Source: Leptolyngbyaceae cyanobacterium (lineage in GTDB: Bacteria; Cyanobacteriota; Cyanobacteriia; Phormidesmidales; Phormidesmidaceae). From it: a stretch of DNA of 64,000 nt. Below are positions 31,588 to 43,197 of this stretch, piece by piece (position 1 is the stretch's first letter; each line of letters opens with the position of its first letter). A model generated the notes under the pieces. It searched no databases. It was not told the DNA's origin and was given only the letters and a program-made list of their open reading frames with translations. The stretch spans positions 79,311-143,310 of the forward strand of contig JBHJHA010000035.1 of assembly GCA_050331235.1 (NCBI GenBank), read 5' to 3'. A program made the position numbers and the translations under genes.

Positions 31588-32262
31588 GTGTCTCACTCCA
31601 GTACTGCCATTACTGATCAACCTTCACCGCCGCCCTTCAGCAACCAACTTCGGCGCATCCAGCGCGATGTTTTGAGAATGGGAGCACTCGTTGAGCAATC
31701 TTGCTTACTCGCCAAAACCGCGTTGTGCGATCGCAATCTCGAAGCGGCTCAACAACTCAAAACCCACGATAAAAAAATTGATCAGTTTTATCGACAGATC
31801 GAAGTGGACTGCATTGAGCTGTTGATTCATCCTCCACCTGGCATGCAAGATCTGCGACACGTCAGTGCCTTTATGCAGCTCATTCGTGATTTGGAGCGCA
31901 TCGGTGACTATGCTAAAGATATCGGTGAAGTTGCCATCCACCTATTTCCCCATCCGGCTCACCCCAGCATTGATCAGATCCAAGTCATGATTGACCGGTG
32001 CCGCTCTATGGTTGCTTTAAGCTTGTTGGCCGTGTCTGATCTCAACGCTGATGTCGGTAGTGACATCAAAATTAAGGACGATGCTGTTGATGACGATTAC
32101 GAGCGGCTGTACCGATGCTTGGTCCAGACTGATACGCCCTTCGTGAATATTGAAGTCGTTGTCTCTCTCGTCTTAGTTATTCGCTATTTAGAGCGCATTG
32201 CTGACCATGCTACGAACGTTGGTCGTCGGATTGCCTATGTCGTGACCGGTGAGCGCATTTGA
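31588..32262 (+). CDS. phoU: phosphate signalling complex protein PhoU
   Basis: Duplicated PhoU repeats DLERIGDYAKDI and YLERIADHATNV. Confidence 0.95.
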   Translation: MSHSSTAITDQPSPPPFSNQLRRIQRDVLRMGALVEQSCLLAKTALCDRNLEAAQQLKTHDKKIDQFYRQIEVDCIELLIHPPPGMQDLRHVSAFMQLIRDLERIGDYAKDIGEVAIHLFPHPAHPSIDQIQVMIDRCRSMVALSLLAVSDLNADVGSDIKIKDDAVDDDYERLYRCLVQTDTPFVNIEVVVSLVLVIRYLERIADHATNVGRRIAYVVTGERI

Positions 32263-32689
32263 ACCGGGCAACAGTGGCTAAATGCCTTTTATCGAAATAG
32301 ATAACGTTCGATTTTTTCCAGATTACGGTATAGTGTTTACGGCTTAGGGCTAGCAGCTCTAAAAGTTTGGGCTGTTGATTTTAAACTCATTGGCTGCGCC
32401 AAAGAGCCAGTTGTTCTGCCGATTTTGTTGACGCTTGACTAGAGTCGGAGATAGCGCAGCGAATAAGAACAGCCGCCTCGACATCAGGCTTGCTAGTCGC
32501 GACAACGACGCCAAGCGCTCTCAGCGCAATGATTTCAGGGCAAGGTCTATCCACTCTTACAGATCCTTGCATCGTGAATGGTTGTCACCCTTGGCTAACT
32601 GAGCATACGAGTGAATTCTCAATTAGGAATCACTGGTTTCAGTTTGTTGTGTGTCACCAAGTTGCCCAGAACTAAGGATTCCTCGCTTC

Positions 32690-35053
32690 ATGAACTTCTC
32701 GATCGCCTCTCTGCTAGCCAACTTTACCGATGGTAAAACACACACCCTCAAAGCTATTCAAAAAAAGCTGCACTGCGATTCGGAGGACACCATTCGCGAA
32801 CTCCAGATTGCCCTCGACGCCCTCGAACGCATTGGCGTCTTAGAAAAAAGTAAAGGCAAGTACCAGCGGGTAGCCGAAGACGGTGTTGTCGAAGGCAAGC
32901 TCCGTTGCTCTAGCAAGGGCTTTTGTTTTGCGATTCAAGACGACGAAGCCGCTGACGATATTTATATTCGCGAAAGCCAGCTGAATACCGCTTGGAATGG
33001 CGATCGCGTTCTAGTCCGAGTCACTAAAGATGGCAGCCGCCGCCGCAGTCCAGAAGGGGAAGTGAAAGTCATCCTCGAACGGGCTAACGCCTCGGTGTTG
33101 GCCCGCGTTAAGCATGAGAGCGATAACTATCAGGCGGTACCGTTGGATGATCGACTGCTATTTGAGCTCAGCCTCGATGGACCCCAGGAAACTCTCACCC
33201 AAGCTGTTGATCAGCTGGCCCACATTGAGGTCACTCGCTATCCCTTAGCTCAAGATCCTCCCCAGGGCAAGATTGCCCAAATCCTGGGGAGTGATGCTGA
33301 AGCCGCCTCCGATATCGATATCGTCTATTGCAAATACGACCTGCCGCGAACTTTTCCTGAAAATGCGTTAGAAGCTGCTAAAGGTCTCCCCAATCGTGTT
33401 CGCAAAGCGGACATTAAAGGACGACTCGATTTACGTGAAGAGCTGACCGTCACGATTCATAGTGCCCAAGCCCAGGTCATTGATGATGCCCTTACGGTCA
33501 GCCAAGATGCAGACGGCAACTGGAAGCTGGGAGTACACATTGCCGATGTCGCTCACTACGTACCGCTGCACTCTCCCATCGATCGCGAGGCTCTCAAGCG
33601 GGGCATGGCGGTTTATCTCGGCAATGAGATGATTCCCATGCTGCCCCCGCCGCTATCGACCTCGCTGTGTTCTTTCAATCCGGGTAAAGATCGTTTGGCG
33701 ATTTCATTAATCGCTACCCTCAACACCGAGGGCGAAGTCCAAGAGTTTGAAGTGCAGCCTAGCGTTATTGCCGTTGATCACGCGTTGGACTATAAGCAGG
33801 CCCAAGCTATCCTCGCCAAAGACAGCTCCGCAGAGCTCGAAAAACTTGACGTCAAAGAAAAAGAGTTGAAAAAATTTGAGCCGATTTTTGATACAGTGCG
33901 TCACCTTTACACCCTGAGTCAAGCGGTGCGCCAGCAACGGATGGCTCGCGGCTCCTTTGAGCTCAACTTGCCTGAGCATGAGTTTCCAGATGATGCAAAG
34001 GAACCCCTCGCTTCCTACGCCTCTCCCCGGTTTCAATATGACGATGAGGGGCTGCTGGGGGTCATGGTCATTGCCTCGTCGCTGACCGCCCGGCGAATGG
34101 TCACTGAGTTCATCCTGCTGGCAAACCAACTCATTGCGTCCCATCTCAAAGCTTTGGGGGTCCCGGCCATCTATCGACTGCACCGAACCCCAACGGCATC
34201 TGACGTTCAGGAGCTCATGAAGCTGGCTGAAAACATGGATATCAACCTCACCCTTGGCGAGGAAGACACTATTGTGCCCATGGACTATCAGCGGTTTACC
34301 CAGCAATTTGCTGAGTCACCGTCTGAGAAAATATTAACTTATCTTCTCCTCTCAACTTTTAAGCCCGCCTTCTACGGCATTCATCCAGACTTGCACTTTG
34401 GCCTTGCTTTGGATGATGGCTACACTCACTTTTCCTCGCCGACCCGTCGCTACCCTGATTTGATTACCCACCGCGTCTTACACGCGGTCTTTTCTGACGG
34501 GCGAGATCGCCGCTCCACCCGGTCCAAAGATCGGGTCAATCTGCGACACAGTAGCTGCCACGGCAAGATCAACTGGAATGTTTTGCCTCCCGAAATCAAC
34601 GGTGAGCTAGAGGACTATATCAAGCGCATTGTGGGACCGTTAAGCGAGCGGGAGCAATTAGCCCAAGATGCGGAAACCGACTTGGAAGGCTTGAAAAAAG
34701 CCGAGTTTATGCGCGACCATACTGGCTCAGTTTTCCACGGGTTGATTACTGGCGTGCAGTCCTATGGCTTTTTTGTCGAGATCGAAGAACTGCTTGTTGA
34801 AGGACTGGTACATGTCAGCTCTCTCAAAGATGACTGGTATGAGTACCGTGCACGCCAGCAAAAACTTGTAGGTCGCAAGAACCGCCGCCAGTTCCGCCTG
34901 GGCGATCGCGTCGAAGTCCAGGTTAAAAGTGTCGACTACTACCGCCAGCAAATTGACCTCATCGTCATTGGCGGCGGCAGTGAAGCCAGTGAAGACGATC
35001 TCACAGATGACGAGGTCAACGGTGAAGAGCAGCCCCACGACGAGTCGGAATAA
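32690..35053 (+). CDS. RNase II/R (RNB) family protein, Zam-like
   Basis: N-terminal HTH-like and cold-shock domains (GFCFA...DIYI), an RNB domain (GVHIADVAHYV, YTHFSSPTRRYPDL) and a C-terminal S1 domain. Confidence 0.9.
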   Translation: MNFSIASLLANFTDGKTHTLKAIQKKLHCDSEDTIRELQIALDALERIGVLEKSKGKYQRVAEDGVVEGKLRCSSKGFCFAIQDDEAADDIYIRESQLNTAWNGDRVLVRVTKDGSRRRSPEGEVKVILERANASVLARVKHESDNYQAVPLDDRLLFELSLDGPQETLTQAVDQLAHIEVTRYPLAQDPPQGKIAQILGSDAEAASDIDIVYCKYDLPRTFPENALEAAKGLPNRVRKADIKGRLDLREELTVTIHSAQAQVIDDALTVSQDADGNWKLGVHIADVAHYVPLHSPIDREALKRGMAVYLGNEMIPMLPPPLSTSLCSFNPGKDRLAISLIATLNTEGEVQEFEVQPSVIAVDHALDYKQAQAILAKDSSAELEKLDVKEKELKKFEPIFDTVRHLYTLSQAVRQQRMARGSFELNLPEHEFPDDAKEPLASYASPRFQYDDEGLLGVMVIASSLTARRMVTEFILLANQLIASHLKALGVPAIYRLHRTPTASDVQELMKLAENMDINLTLGEEDTIVPMDYQRFTQQFAESPSEKILTYLLLSTFKPAFYGIHPDLHFGLALDDGYTHFSSPTRRYPDLITHRVLHAVFSDGRDRRSTRSKDRVNLRHSSCHGKINWNVLPPEINGELEDYIKRIVGPLSEREQLAQDAETDLEGLKKAEFMRDHTGSVFHGLITGVQSYGFFVEIEELLVEGLVHVSSLKDDWYEYRARQQKLVGRKNRRQFRLGDRVEVQVKSVDYYRQQIDLIVIGGGSEASEDDLTDDEVNGEEQPHDESE

Positions 35054-35225
35054 GACTCGTACTACAAAAATCGTTACACTGGGAAGGCGGAGACAATCGC
35101 ATGAACCGAGCCGTAGCCTAAATACATCGTCATCACGTCAAGTTTGACTCATGGCCATTGAGCCCTTGGCCAGTGCGTTGGCAAAAGCGACAGATCTCTG
35201 TTAATAGTCGGCGCGCACGGATCTA

Positions 35226-35858
35226 ATGAAAGACGTAGGAAAAACGCTACCGCTTACTCTAGGCATCACTGGCGCTTCGGGGTTAATTTATGCCGTTAGA
35301 GCAGTGAAGTTTTTGCTCGAAGCGGATATTCCCGTTGAGCTTGTTGCCTCCAAAGCCACCTATCAAGTGTGGAAGGCTGAACAAGATATCCAAATGCCGG
35401 CAGAGATGGTTGCCCAGGCAGATTTTTGGCGCGCGCAAGCTGGTGTCGAGACCCAAGGAAAGCTGCGCTGCCACCCCTGGAGTGACGTTGGAGCTAATAT
35501 TGCCAGCGGCTCCTTTAGAACCTTAGGCATGGTGATTATGCCGTGTAGCATGAGCACTATTGGCAAATTGGCCGCGGGGCTCAGCTCAGACCTCTTGGAA
35601 CGGGCCGCCGATGTGCAACTCAAAGAAGGTAAGCCGCTAGTACTCGTGCCGCGTGAGACCCCCCTCAGCCTGATTCATTTAAGGAATTTAGTGTCCTTGG
35701 CAGAGGCTGGGGCTCGCGTCGTACCTGCGATTCCAGCCTGGTATCATCAGCCCCAAACAGTTTTAGACCTTGTTGATTTTGTCGTTGCCCGAGCCCTCGA
35801 TCAATTTGGTCTCGATTGTGTCCCCCTGCGCCGCTGGCAAGGACACCATCCGGATTGA
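35226..35858 (+). CDS. ubiX: flavin prenyltransferase
   Basis: GITGASG, IASGSF, PCSMST, RAADVQLKE, LVPRETP and PAIPAWYH. Confidence 0.95.
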   Translation: MKDVGKTLPLTLGITGASGLIYAVRAVKFLLEADIPVELVASKATYQVWKAEQDIQMPAEMVAQADFWRAQAGVETQGKLRCHPWSDVGANIASGSFRTLGMVIMPCSMSTIGKLAAGLSSDLLERAADVQLKEGKPLVLVPRETPLSLIHLRNLVSLAEAGARVVPAIPAWYHQPQTVLDLVDFVVARALDQFGLDCVPLRRWQGHHPD

Positions 35859-35902
35859 CAGGCGATCACTGCACCGTAAACGAGCCGGCCTGCTCTCTTG
35901 TC

Positions 35903-37885
35903 CTAGTCCGCAGCGAGATAGGTGTAATGGTTGAGGCTATGTTCATAGTGCTGCAGCAGTAATTGTGCCTCCTGAATAGTAATTTTGCCGTCTTGTAGAG
36001 CGTGCTCAGAGCGGCGACGAATATTCTCAATCAGATCGGCGGAGTCGTATTGTACATAGCTCAGCACCTCGGTCATGGTGTCGCCTTTAACTACATGCTC
36101 AATGTGGTAACCCTTGGGTGTCATGTGAATGTGAACGGTGTTGGTATCGCCAAATAGATTGTGCAAGTTGCCCATGATCTCCTGGTAGGCTCCCCCAAGA
36201 AACAGTCCCAGATAGTAGGGCTCTGACTCATTGACGGGGTGTAGTTCCAGCACTGATTTGACATCTCGCAGGTCAATAAACCGGTCAATTTTGCCGTCGC
36301 TGTCACAGGTCAAATCCGCTAGGGTCGCCCGGTTGACGGGCTCTTCATTTAATCGATGGATGGGCATGATGGGAAAAAGCTGATCGATTGCCCAGGCATC
36401 CGGCATCGACTGAAAGACCGACAGATTGATGTAGTAAATCGAGGCAAGGCTCTTTTCCAGATCTTCCAAATCATCGGGAACGTACTCTTCGTGGCGGACA
36501 AGGTCAAGAATGCGACGACAGCAGGCCCAATATAGTCGCTCGATCTTGGCCCGCTCAGTCAGGCTCAGGTAGCCAAAGTTAAAGAGGCTAATCGCTTCTT
36601 CTTTGAACTGGACGGCATCGTGGTAAGCCTCTTGATAATTTTTTAGATGAACCGAGGCGTAGGTATCGTAGAGTTCTCGCAATAGTGCGTGATCCTCGGA
36701 ACTCGGGGGCTCAATAGTTTCCAAACCAGGCTTGTCGCTGGTGCCGAGTACGTCAAAAACCAATACGGACTGGTGAGAGGCGATCGCCCGCCCGCTCTCA
36801 CTAATCAAAGTCGGTACGGGCAAATTCCGGGCGGAACAGGCTTCCTGAACCTCGGCCACAACATCATTGGCGTAGTTTTGGATGCTGTAGTTCTTGGATG
36901 CGCCAAAGTTCGTTTTGGAGCCGTCATAATCAACGCCCAGGCCGCCACCCACGTCGAGATATCCCATCTGGGCCCCGAGCTCAGATAGCTCAACGTAGAT
37001 TTGACAGGCCTCCCGCAGCGCATCTTTGATCACGCTGATGGAAGAAATTTGAGACCCGATATGAAAATGTAGGAGCTGCAAACAGTCCAGCATGTCGGCG
37101 GCTTGCAACTGCTCCACCGCACTGAGAAGTTCAGGAATGGCTAGGCCAAACTTAGCGCGATCGCCAGCGGAGCCTCCCCAGCGGCCAATACCTTTGCTGC
37201 TTAATTTAGCCCGCACGCCTAAGATTGGGCGAATTTGGAGGCGACGACTGGCTTCGATGACCAGCGGCACCTCATCTAGCTGCTCTAGCACAATGATGGG
37301 CGTTTGCCCTAGTCGCTGGCTGAGCATCGCCGTTTCGATGTACTCCCGATCTTTATAGCCGTTGCAAATCAGCAGGGCTCCAGAACTATCGAGGGTGGCC
37401 AGCGCAATGAGGAGTTCCGGTTTGGAACCAGCTTCGAGGCCAAATTGATGGGGTTGCCCAAAGCGTACCAAGTCCTCAACCAGATGCCGTTGCTGATTGC
37501 ACTTGACCGGAAAGACGCCCCGGTAAACGCCGTGATACCGGTAGCGGGCGATCGCCTTGGCAAAGCAGGCATTTAATCGTTCAATCCGGTCTTCCAAAAT
37601 GTCGGAAAAGCGAATCAGGATTGGTAACTCTAAGTTGCGCTGTTTGAGGGCGGTTACTAAGTCATAAAGATCTAGAGAGCCCCCGCGATCGCCCCGAGGC
37701 GCCACCATAACATGCCCAGCCGCATTAATTGAAAAGTAGGGATCACCCCAGCCGTGGATGCGATAGAGTTCTTCACTTTGTTCAATGGTCCAGCGAGTTC
37801 CGGTCGTTTGGGCAACCGCGCCCGTAGTGACGCGAGATCGTAGGGCTTGGAGTACCTCTTCACTCGATTGTCGAGTTGTGGCCAT
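35903..37885 (-). CDS. speA: biosynthetic arginine decarboxylase
   Basis: VFPVKCNQ (PLP Lys), GLEAGSKPEL, HFHIGSQI, DVGGGLGVDYDG and DLTCDSDG. Confidence 0.97.
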   Translation of the reverse strand: MATTRQSSEEVLQALRSRVTTGAVAQTTGTRWTIEQSEELYRIHGWGDPYFSINAAGHVMVAPRGDRGGSLDLYDLVTALKQRNLELPILIRFSDILEDRIERLNACFAKAIARYRYHGVYRGVFPVKCNQQRHLVEDLVRFGQPHQFGLEAGSKPELLIALATLDSSGALLICNGYKDREYIETAMLSQRLGQTPIIVLEQLDEVPLVIEASRRLQIRPILGVRAKLSSKGIGRWGGSAGDRAKFGLAIPELLSAVEQLQAADMLDCLQLLHFHIGSQISSISVIKDALREACQIYVELSELGAQMGYLDVGGGLGVDYDGSKTNFGASKNYSIQNYANDVVAEVQEACSARNLPVPTLISESGRAIASHQSVLVFDVLGTSDKPGLETIEPPSSEDHALLRELYDTYASVHLKNYQEAYHDAVQFKEEAISLFNFGYLSLTERAKIERLYWACCRRILDLVRHEEYVPDDLEDLEKSLASIYYINLSVFQSMPDAWAIDQLFPIMPIHRLNEEPVNRATLADLTCDSDGKIDRFIDLRDVKSVLELHPVNESEPYYLGLFLGGAYQEIMGNLHNLFGDTNTVHIHMTPKGYHIEHVVKGDTMTEVLSYVQYDSADLIENIRRRSEHALQDGKITIQEAQLLLQHYEHSLNHYTYLAAD

Positions 37886-38205
37886 GATGGGTTTCCTCCG
37901 CGGCGTTGGTCATCAATCAGTAGACGCTAGCCCGCTGACTTCACTATGTCGTTTAGCGTACCGGTTTTGAATCATCTGGGGTGAAGGTCCTTATATTTTC
38001 CCTGACGCAAATGACGCCGCTGAGAGCGGCTAAAACGCTGCTATCAAAAAGGTTTAACGGCTCTGGCGGGCAAGAATTCTCTCGCAAAAGCCGACCAATT
38101 CAGACCTTCATAGGCAATTGGCAGTTCGCCTTGGGGCGATCGACCCAACAAAGATGCGGTCTTTCCCCGCTTGGACAAAGACCGCACCGCCAGTAATTGA
38201 TCAAT

Positions 38206-39894
38206 CTAGGCAAATAGGTCGAGATCCGTCATGGCTCCTCGACTACTGCTCGAAACCAACTTGGCATACTTGCCCAATATGCCACGGGTGTAGTTGGGCT
38301 GGCGGGGTTGCCAAGCCTCTCGTCGCTTAGTGAGTTTCTCATCGGAGACATTGAGCTGGAGCAAATTTTGGTCCGCGTCGATGGTGATGGAGTCGCCTTC
38401 CTCAACTAGGGCGATGGTGCCCCCTACAGCGGCCTCTGGTGCTACGTGGCCAACTACCATGCCATAGGTGCCGCCGGAGAAGCGACCATCGGTAATCAGA
38501 CCCACTGAGTCACCCAGCCCAGCGCCGATGATCGCTGATGTTGGGGCCAACATTTCCCGCATGCCCGGTCCGCCCTTGGGACCTTCGTAACGCACTACCA
38601 CGACATCGCCGGCGTTGACCTGCTTGTCTAAAATCGCCCGCAGACATTCCTCTTCGGACTCAAAGACGCGGGCCGGGCCGGTAATCTGTCGCTTTTTGAT
38701 CCCCGTTAGTTTGGCAACGGCTCCTTCTGCCGCTAAGTTACCCTTGAGAATGCCTAAGTGGCCCTGGGGATACATCGGATTGTCAAAGGGGCGAATCACG
38801 TCCTGATTGGCCCGGGGCACTGCGGGGATCTCCGCTAGCAGTTCCGCAACGGTTTTGCCAGTAATCGTGAGGGCATCACCATGGAGCAAGCCTTGGCTCA
38901 GGAGCATTTTCATCACTTGGGGCACGCCACCAGCCTGATGAAAATCCGTGGCCACGTAACGGCCAGAGGGTTTGAGATCACACAGCACAGGCACTTTTTG
39001 GCGAATATTTTCAAAGTCGTCAATCGTCAAGTCAACCCCGATGGCATTGGCGATCGCTAACAGATGTAAAACCGAATTTGTCGAACCGCCCACAGCCATA
39101 ATGACCGCGATCGCATTCTCAAAGGCTTGGCGAGTCAAGATTTGACGGGGCAAAATCTGCTGACGAATAGCTTCTACTAAAGCAAAAGCAGACTTTTCAG
39201 TACTGTCGGCTTTTTCCGCATCTTCAGCAGCCATCGTGGAGGAATACATCAAACTCATGCCCATGGCCTCAAAGGCTGAAGACATCGTATTGGCGGTAAA
39301 CATGCCCCCGCAGGAACCAGCTCCCGGGCAGGCATTGCGCTCAACGGCCATTAACTTCTCATCATCAATTTTACCGGCACTGTACTGCCCCACCGCTTCA
39401 AAAGCGCTGACGACAGTCAAGTCTTCGCCTTGGTAGTGGCCAGGTTTAATCGTGCCGCCGTAAACAAAAATCGAGGGGATATTGAGCCGACACATGGCAA
39501 TCATGGCCCCCGGCATATTTTTGTCGCAGCCGCCGATGGCGATTACCCCATCCAAGCTTTGGCCGTTACATACGGTTTCGATTGAGTCAGCAATCACCTC
39601 GCGGGAAACCAAGGAATATTTCATGCCCTCAGTGCCCATAGAGATGCCATCACTAATCGTGATCGTGCCAAATAGCTGGGGCATGCCACCGGCCTGTCGA
39701 ATGCCGATTTCAGCGCGTTTGGCTAGATCATCAAGGCCCATATTGCAGGGGGTAATGGTGCTAAAGCCATTGGCAACGCCCACAATCGGCTTAGTAAAGT
39801 CATGGTCACTAAACCCCACAGCCCTCAACATGGCTCGGTTGGGAGTTCGCTGTACACCTTGAGTGACGACTTGACTTCTACGGTTCTCTGACAT
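38206..39894 (-). CDS. ilvD: dihydroxy-acid dehydratase
   Basis: [43 protein letters not shown] and TDGRFSG. Confidence 0.98.
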   Translation of the reverse strand: MSENRRSQVVTQGVQRTPNRAMLRAVGFSDHDFTKPIVGVANGFSTITPCNMGLDDLAKRAEIGIRQAGGMPQLFGTITISDGISMGTEGMKYSLVSREVIADSIETVCNGQSLDGVIAIGGCDKNMPGAMIAMCRLNIPSIFVYGGTIKPGHYQGEDLTVVSAFEAVGQYSAGKIDDEKLMAVERNACPGAGSCGGMFTANTMSSAFEAMGMSLMYSSTMAAEDAEKADSTEKSAFALVEAIRQQILPRQILTRQAFENAIAVIMAVGGSTNSVLHLLAIANAIGVDLTIDDFENIRQKVPVLCDLKPSGRYVATDFHQAGGVPQVMKMLLSQGLLHGDALTITGKTVAELLAEIPAVPRANQDVIRPFDNPMYPQGHLGILKGNLAAEGAVAKLTGIKKRQITGPARVFESEEECLRAILDKQVNAGDVVVVRYEGPKGGPGMREMLAPTSAIIGAGLGDSVGLITDGRFSGGTYGMVVGHVAPEAAVGGTIALVEEGDSITIDADQNLLQLNVSDEKLTKRREAWQPRQPNYTRGILGKYAKLVSSSSRGAMTDLDLFA

Positions 39895-40529
39895 GATTAC
39901 CTTGTCCGCCTGACTAAAAATGCTCATCCAATCCTACCGAATTCATCCGCCCCATCGACATAGACTCAATCATTGACTACTCATAAAAACAATGGTGTGA
40001 GTGCTTTAAATAACTGATTTGATAGGCAGGAGCGAATACCGATTCCCCATGGGAAAGGTTCTTAAAGTTACTACATTGCAATGTGTGAATAACTCCGTCT
40101 TTTTGTGGCTAGCCGCCGCCGGCAAGAGATCCTGATTGCCTCAAATCTTGAAATCATGGCCTTTGAGTGCCAGCGATCTCGCTCAAGGGGTGCCCTGACC
40201 AGGGTCGCGATCGCCTCAGACTAGGACATAGCTTCCTATCCAAATCGCGTTAAGATTAGCCATCTGTCGCTTTTCGATGCGTCATTTGATTAATCAATCC
40301 AATCAATAGATGCTGAAAGCAAACAGGGCAGCTTCGTTTTTATAGGATTGGAGAATTGCCGTTATTGGCACCTTTTAACCCAGTGATCATAGAAGACAAT
40401 CATTTGGGGGGCGACGGTTCATCCTAATTTTGTAATGGAGCGATGTCCAAAGTTAAAAGCACAGCGATCGTCATCGAGTCCCCATTGGGCTGACGGTTGC
40501 AATAGGTTCCTGAATGAAGGATCGATCAC

Positions 40530-41369
40530 ATGGATGCGAACGAAGTCATCACTCGATATGCCTCGGGAGAACGCGATTTTCGCGGTGCCGATTTAAGGGG
40601 AGTGAATTTAGCTAACGAAAACCTGCAAGATATTAATTTACGGCAAGCCGTGTTGAGTGGGGCCAACTTGTCTAGCTGTGATCTCAAGGGAGCTAACCTG
40701 CGGGAAGCTAAGCTAGAAAAATGTAATCTCCAGATGGCGCACCTAGAGCTGGCCAACCTAATCGGCGCCGACTTGGTCTATGCTGACTTGACCGAGGCCA
40801 ACTTGAATGAAGCTGGCATCCGGGGCTCTAATCTATCCCACGCGATAATGCTACGGGTGAGTGCTCAGTCAGCCAATCTGAATGAGGCAACTCTGGACAG
40901 TGCGCAACTGCGAGAAGCAGACCTGTCTCACTCGGCACTGAACCGCTGTCATTTGATCGAGACTGATCTGACGCTCTGTAAGCTGGAAGACACCAGCTTT
41001 GCCAATGCTATTTTGACAGGGGCGACTCTCACCGGTGCCAATCTAGCTACGGCACTCCTCAGTGGGGCGAACTTGGATAACGCCGACTTAGGGGGAGCTG
41101 ACTTGAGCCGGGCCAAGCTCCAGGGCTGTACCCTGGTCAATGCCCACTTGGTGCAGGCTAACCTGCGCGGGGCAAACCTCAGCTGGAGCTCGCTACGTGG
41201 CGCGGAACTGCGCGGTGCGACCCTCTATCGCGCCAAGCTAAGCTGGTCTAATTTAAGCGGTGCCGACCTCAACGAAGTCGTGATGATCAGTGCCAGTATG
41301 GATTATGTCAATCTGCGGAACGCGGTGCTGACGGGGGCGATTTTGCCGGATGGTCGGACTCACGAGTAG
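40530..41369 (+). CDS. pentapeptide repeat protein
   Basis: YASGERDF followed by continuous A(D/N)Lxx repeats, ending ILPDG. Confidence 0.95.
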   Translation: MDANEVITRYASGERDFRGADLRGVNLANENLQDINLRQAVLSGANLSSCDLKGANLREAKLEKCNLQMAHLELANLIGADLVYADLTEANLNEAGIRGSNLSHAIMLRVSAQSANLNEATLDSAQLREADLSHSALNRCHLIETDLTLCKLEDTSFANAILTGATLTGANLATALLSGANLDNADLGGADLSRAKLQGCTLVNAHLVQANLRGANLSWSSLRGAELRGATLYRAKLSWSNLSGADLNEVVMISASMDYVNLRNAVLTGAILPDGRTHE

Positions 41370-43197
41370 GCGATCGCCGCGCCACATCGGCAGGCATCAC
41401 CGCCCGGGGGGCCAGGCGATGGGCCACATCAATTGGCCGAATCGGCATTTGTGCGACTGCATCGCGGCGTAAATGCGCCAGACGATACTGCACTTCGATG
41501 AGTTCTAAATGGAGCAAAGATGCCAGGGCTCGGATAGTTGGCGTCAAGCGACCGGTGAGGCGATCGCGGTTGTTTAACCAGCGGTTGACTCGGGGGGGCA
41601 AGCGATCGCTGAAGCGCAACGGCAATGCCGAAGTAGAAAATAGCGCCGCATATTCTGGGCTTAAGAAAGTCTGATAGTCGGCGGCTTGAGCTGTCTGCTG
41701 CATGACGAAACTCAGCACAGTGCCGTTTAAGTAGCTACGCAGGGGGCCGGTCTCAGTAGCCGGGTGCTCTGGCATAAATGGCACCTGAGTCAGCGCCGGA
41801 TTGATATTTTGGGGATCGCCCACGCTGAGGTGAGTGCCGCCAATGATGGCAATCAGCGATCGTGGTCCCGTCAGCTGGTTAAAGGGCCGCAACTGTTGAT
41901 CAGAAACGGAGGCAATGCCATCGCTGGTGCTCGTTACCACTAATGTCGGCACTTTCACCGAGCGCAGCCCTGTTTCCCCAAAGATATGGCCCGCTAGCGG
42001 ATTCATCAGCACTAACTGAGCAATGCGAGGGTCAGCTAGACTCTCTGGCGGCAATTCCGCTTCGGTGGCGGCACACTGAAACCAGTCAGCTGGAGAGGAG
42101 GCGCCCACCTCAATTCCGGCACAAAAGTCTGCTAGTGCTACCGGATCAACTTTGCCCCCTGCTAGCACTAATCCCGTGTAGCCACCTAATGAGTGCCCCA
42201 CGATAGTCACCGCATCTAGCTCTAAGCGATCGCGCAAAAAGAATGAGGTTTCATTCAGCTCCGACAGCCGATCAAGAATGAAGCTGATATCCCGGGGGCG
42301 CTCCACAAACTCATGGCCGGGTAGGATTGCTCCCTCCGGGGCAATCAGAGCCTCAACGTTGCTACCGGGATGCTCTAAGGCAATCACGGTCAACCCATGG
42401 GAAGCCAGATGCTGAGCCAAATAGTCTAAAAAGTAGCGATCAGCGCCAAACCCGTGGGACAAAATCACCGTTGGACCGGCGTTACGCTCCGACCAATAGA
42501 GATCCATGGGGATCACGCGATCGCGGTGATGATCCCGAAACGAGACCGACCAGCGCTCGGGCCTCCGGTGGCCCGACATAGCCGGATTGAGGTCTTGAGT
42601 CAGCGATCGCCGCGGCGACTCTTGCAGTTCTTGATCGAGAACGCGGCTGAGGGCTGTCTGCTCCAACCGAGAGACGCCAACTTGGGCTGCCAGCCGCATC
42701 AGGGCTCCCCCCTCTAGGGTCAAACTCTCGCCGGGTAGCGCTTGCAACAGCGTAATAAAAGTCACCCCGGCATCACTCTGTTCGGCGGTCTGCAGCGCCG
42801 TTTGAATCATGCCTGGCGTTAACTGAGGGGCCACCTGAGAGAGCGCGGTGATAAACGGTTTGCCTTTCTGGGTGCCAATCAGGTCATCGATGAAGCGATC
42901 GCGCACCGAGGGCTCAACACTCAGGTGCCTGAGTAGCGTCTGCTGCAGCCGGGCCGTCATCACTGACTGATAGCGCTCCAGCCGCGCGGGCACTCGTCCA
43001 GTTTGGGCAAAGGTTTCTAAATCGCTGACATACACGCTGACGTGGGCTGGGCCCAATTCAATCGTGATGCGCTCAACAGCGCGGCTCGGGAGCGCCCCTA
43101 GAACAAGCACGCCGCCACTAAGCATTGACAAGCAAGCTGACCGGACTCCCAGCCGCAGAATTTTATGAAGGGCAAACAAAGGGCCTTGGCGCATCAA
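41308..43197 (-). CDS. secreted alpha/beta hydrolase with a DUF1400-like N-terminal domain
   Basis: Signal-like N-terminus, SDLETFAQTG, SHGFG, GHSLGG nucleophile elbow and GGTHLS. Confidence 0.88.
   Translation of the reverse strand: MMRQGPLFALHKILRLGVRSACLSMLSGGVLVLGALPSRAVERITIELGPAHVSVYVSDLETFAQTGRVPARLERYQSVMTARLQQTLLRHLSVEPSVRDRFIDDLIGTQKGKPFITALSQVAPQLTPGMIQTALQTAEQSDAGVTFITLLQALPGESLTLEGGALMRLAAQVGVSRLEQTALSRVLDQELQESPRRSLTQDLNPAMSGHRRPERWSVSFRDHHRDRVIPMDLYWSERNAGPTVILSHGFGADRYFLDYLAQHLASHGLTVIALEHPGSNVEALIAPEGAILPGHEFVERPRDISFILDRLSELNETSFFLRDRLELDAVTIVGHSLGGYTGLVLAGGKVDPVALADFCAGIEVGASSPADWFQCAATEAELPPESLADPRIAQLVLMNPLAGHIFGETGLRSVKVPTLVVTSTSDGIASVSDQQLRPFNQLTGPRSLIAIIGGTHLSVGDPQNINPALTQVPFMPEHPATETGPLRSYLNGTVLSFVMQQTAQAADYQTFLSPEYAALFSTSALPLRFSDRLPPRVNRWLNNRDRLTGRLTPTIRALASLLHLELIEVQYRLAHLRRDAVAQMPIRPIDVAHRLAPRAVMPADVARRSPTRESDHPAKSPPSAPRSAD

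Noticed and set aside
26537..40096. Exact 14-mer GTGTGAATAACTCC in two intergenic regions (26537 and 40083)
   Set aside because: A single 14-bp match is expected by chance in 64 kb, it is not palindromic, and only a CRP half-site is present.
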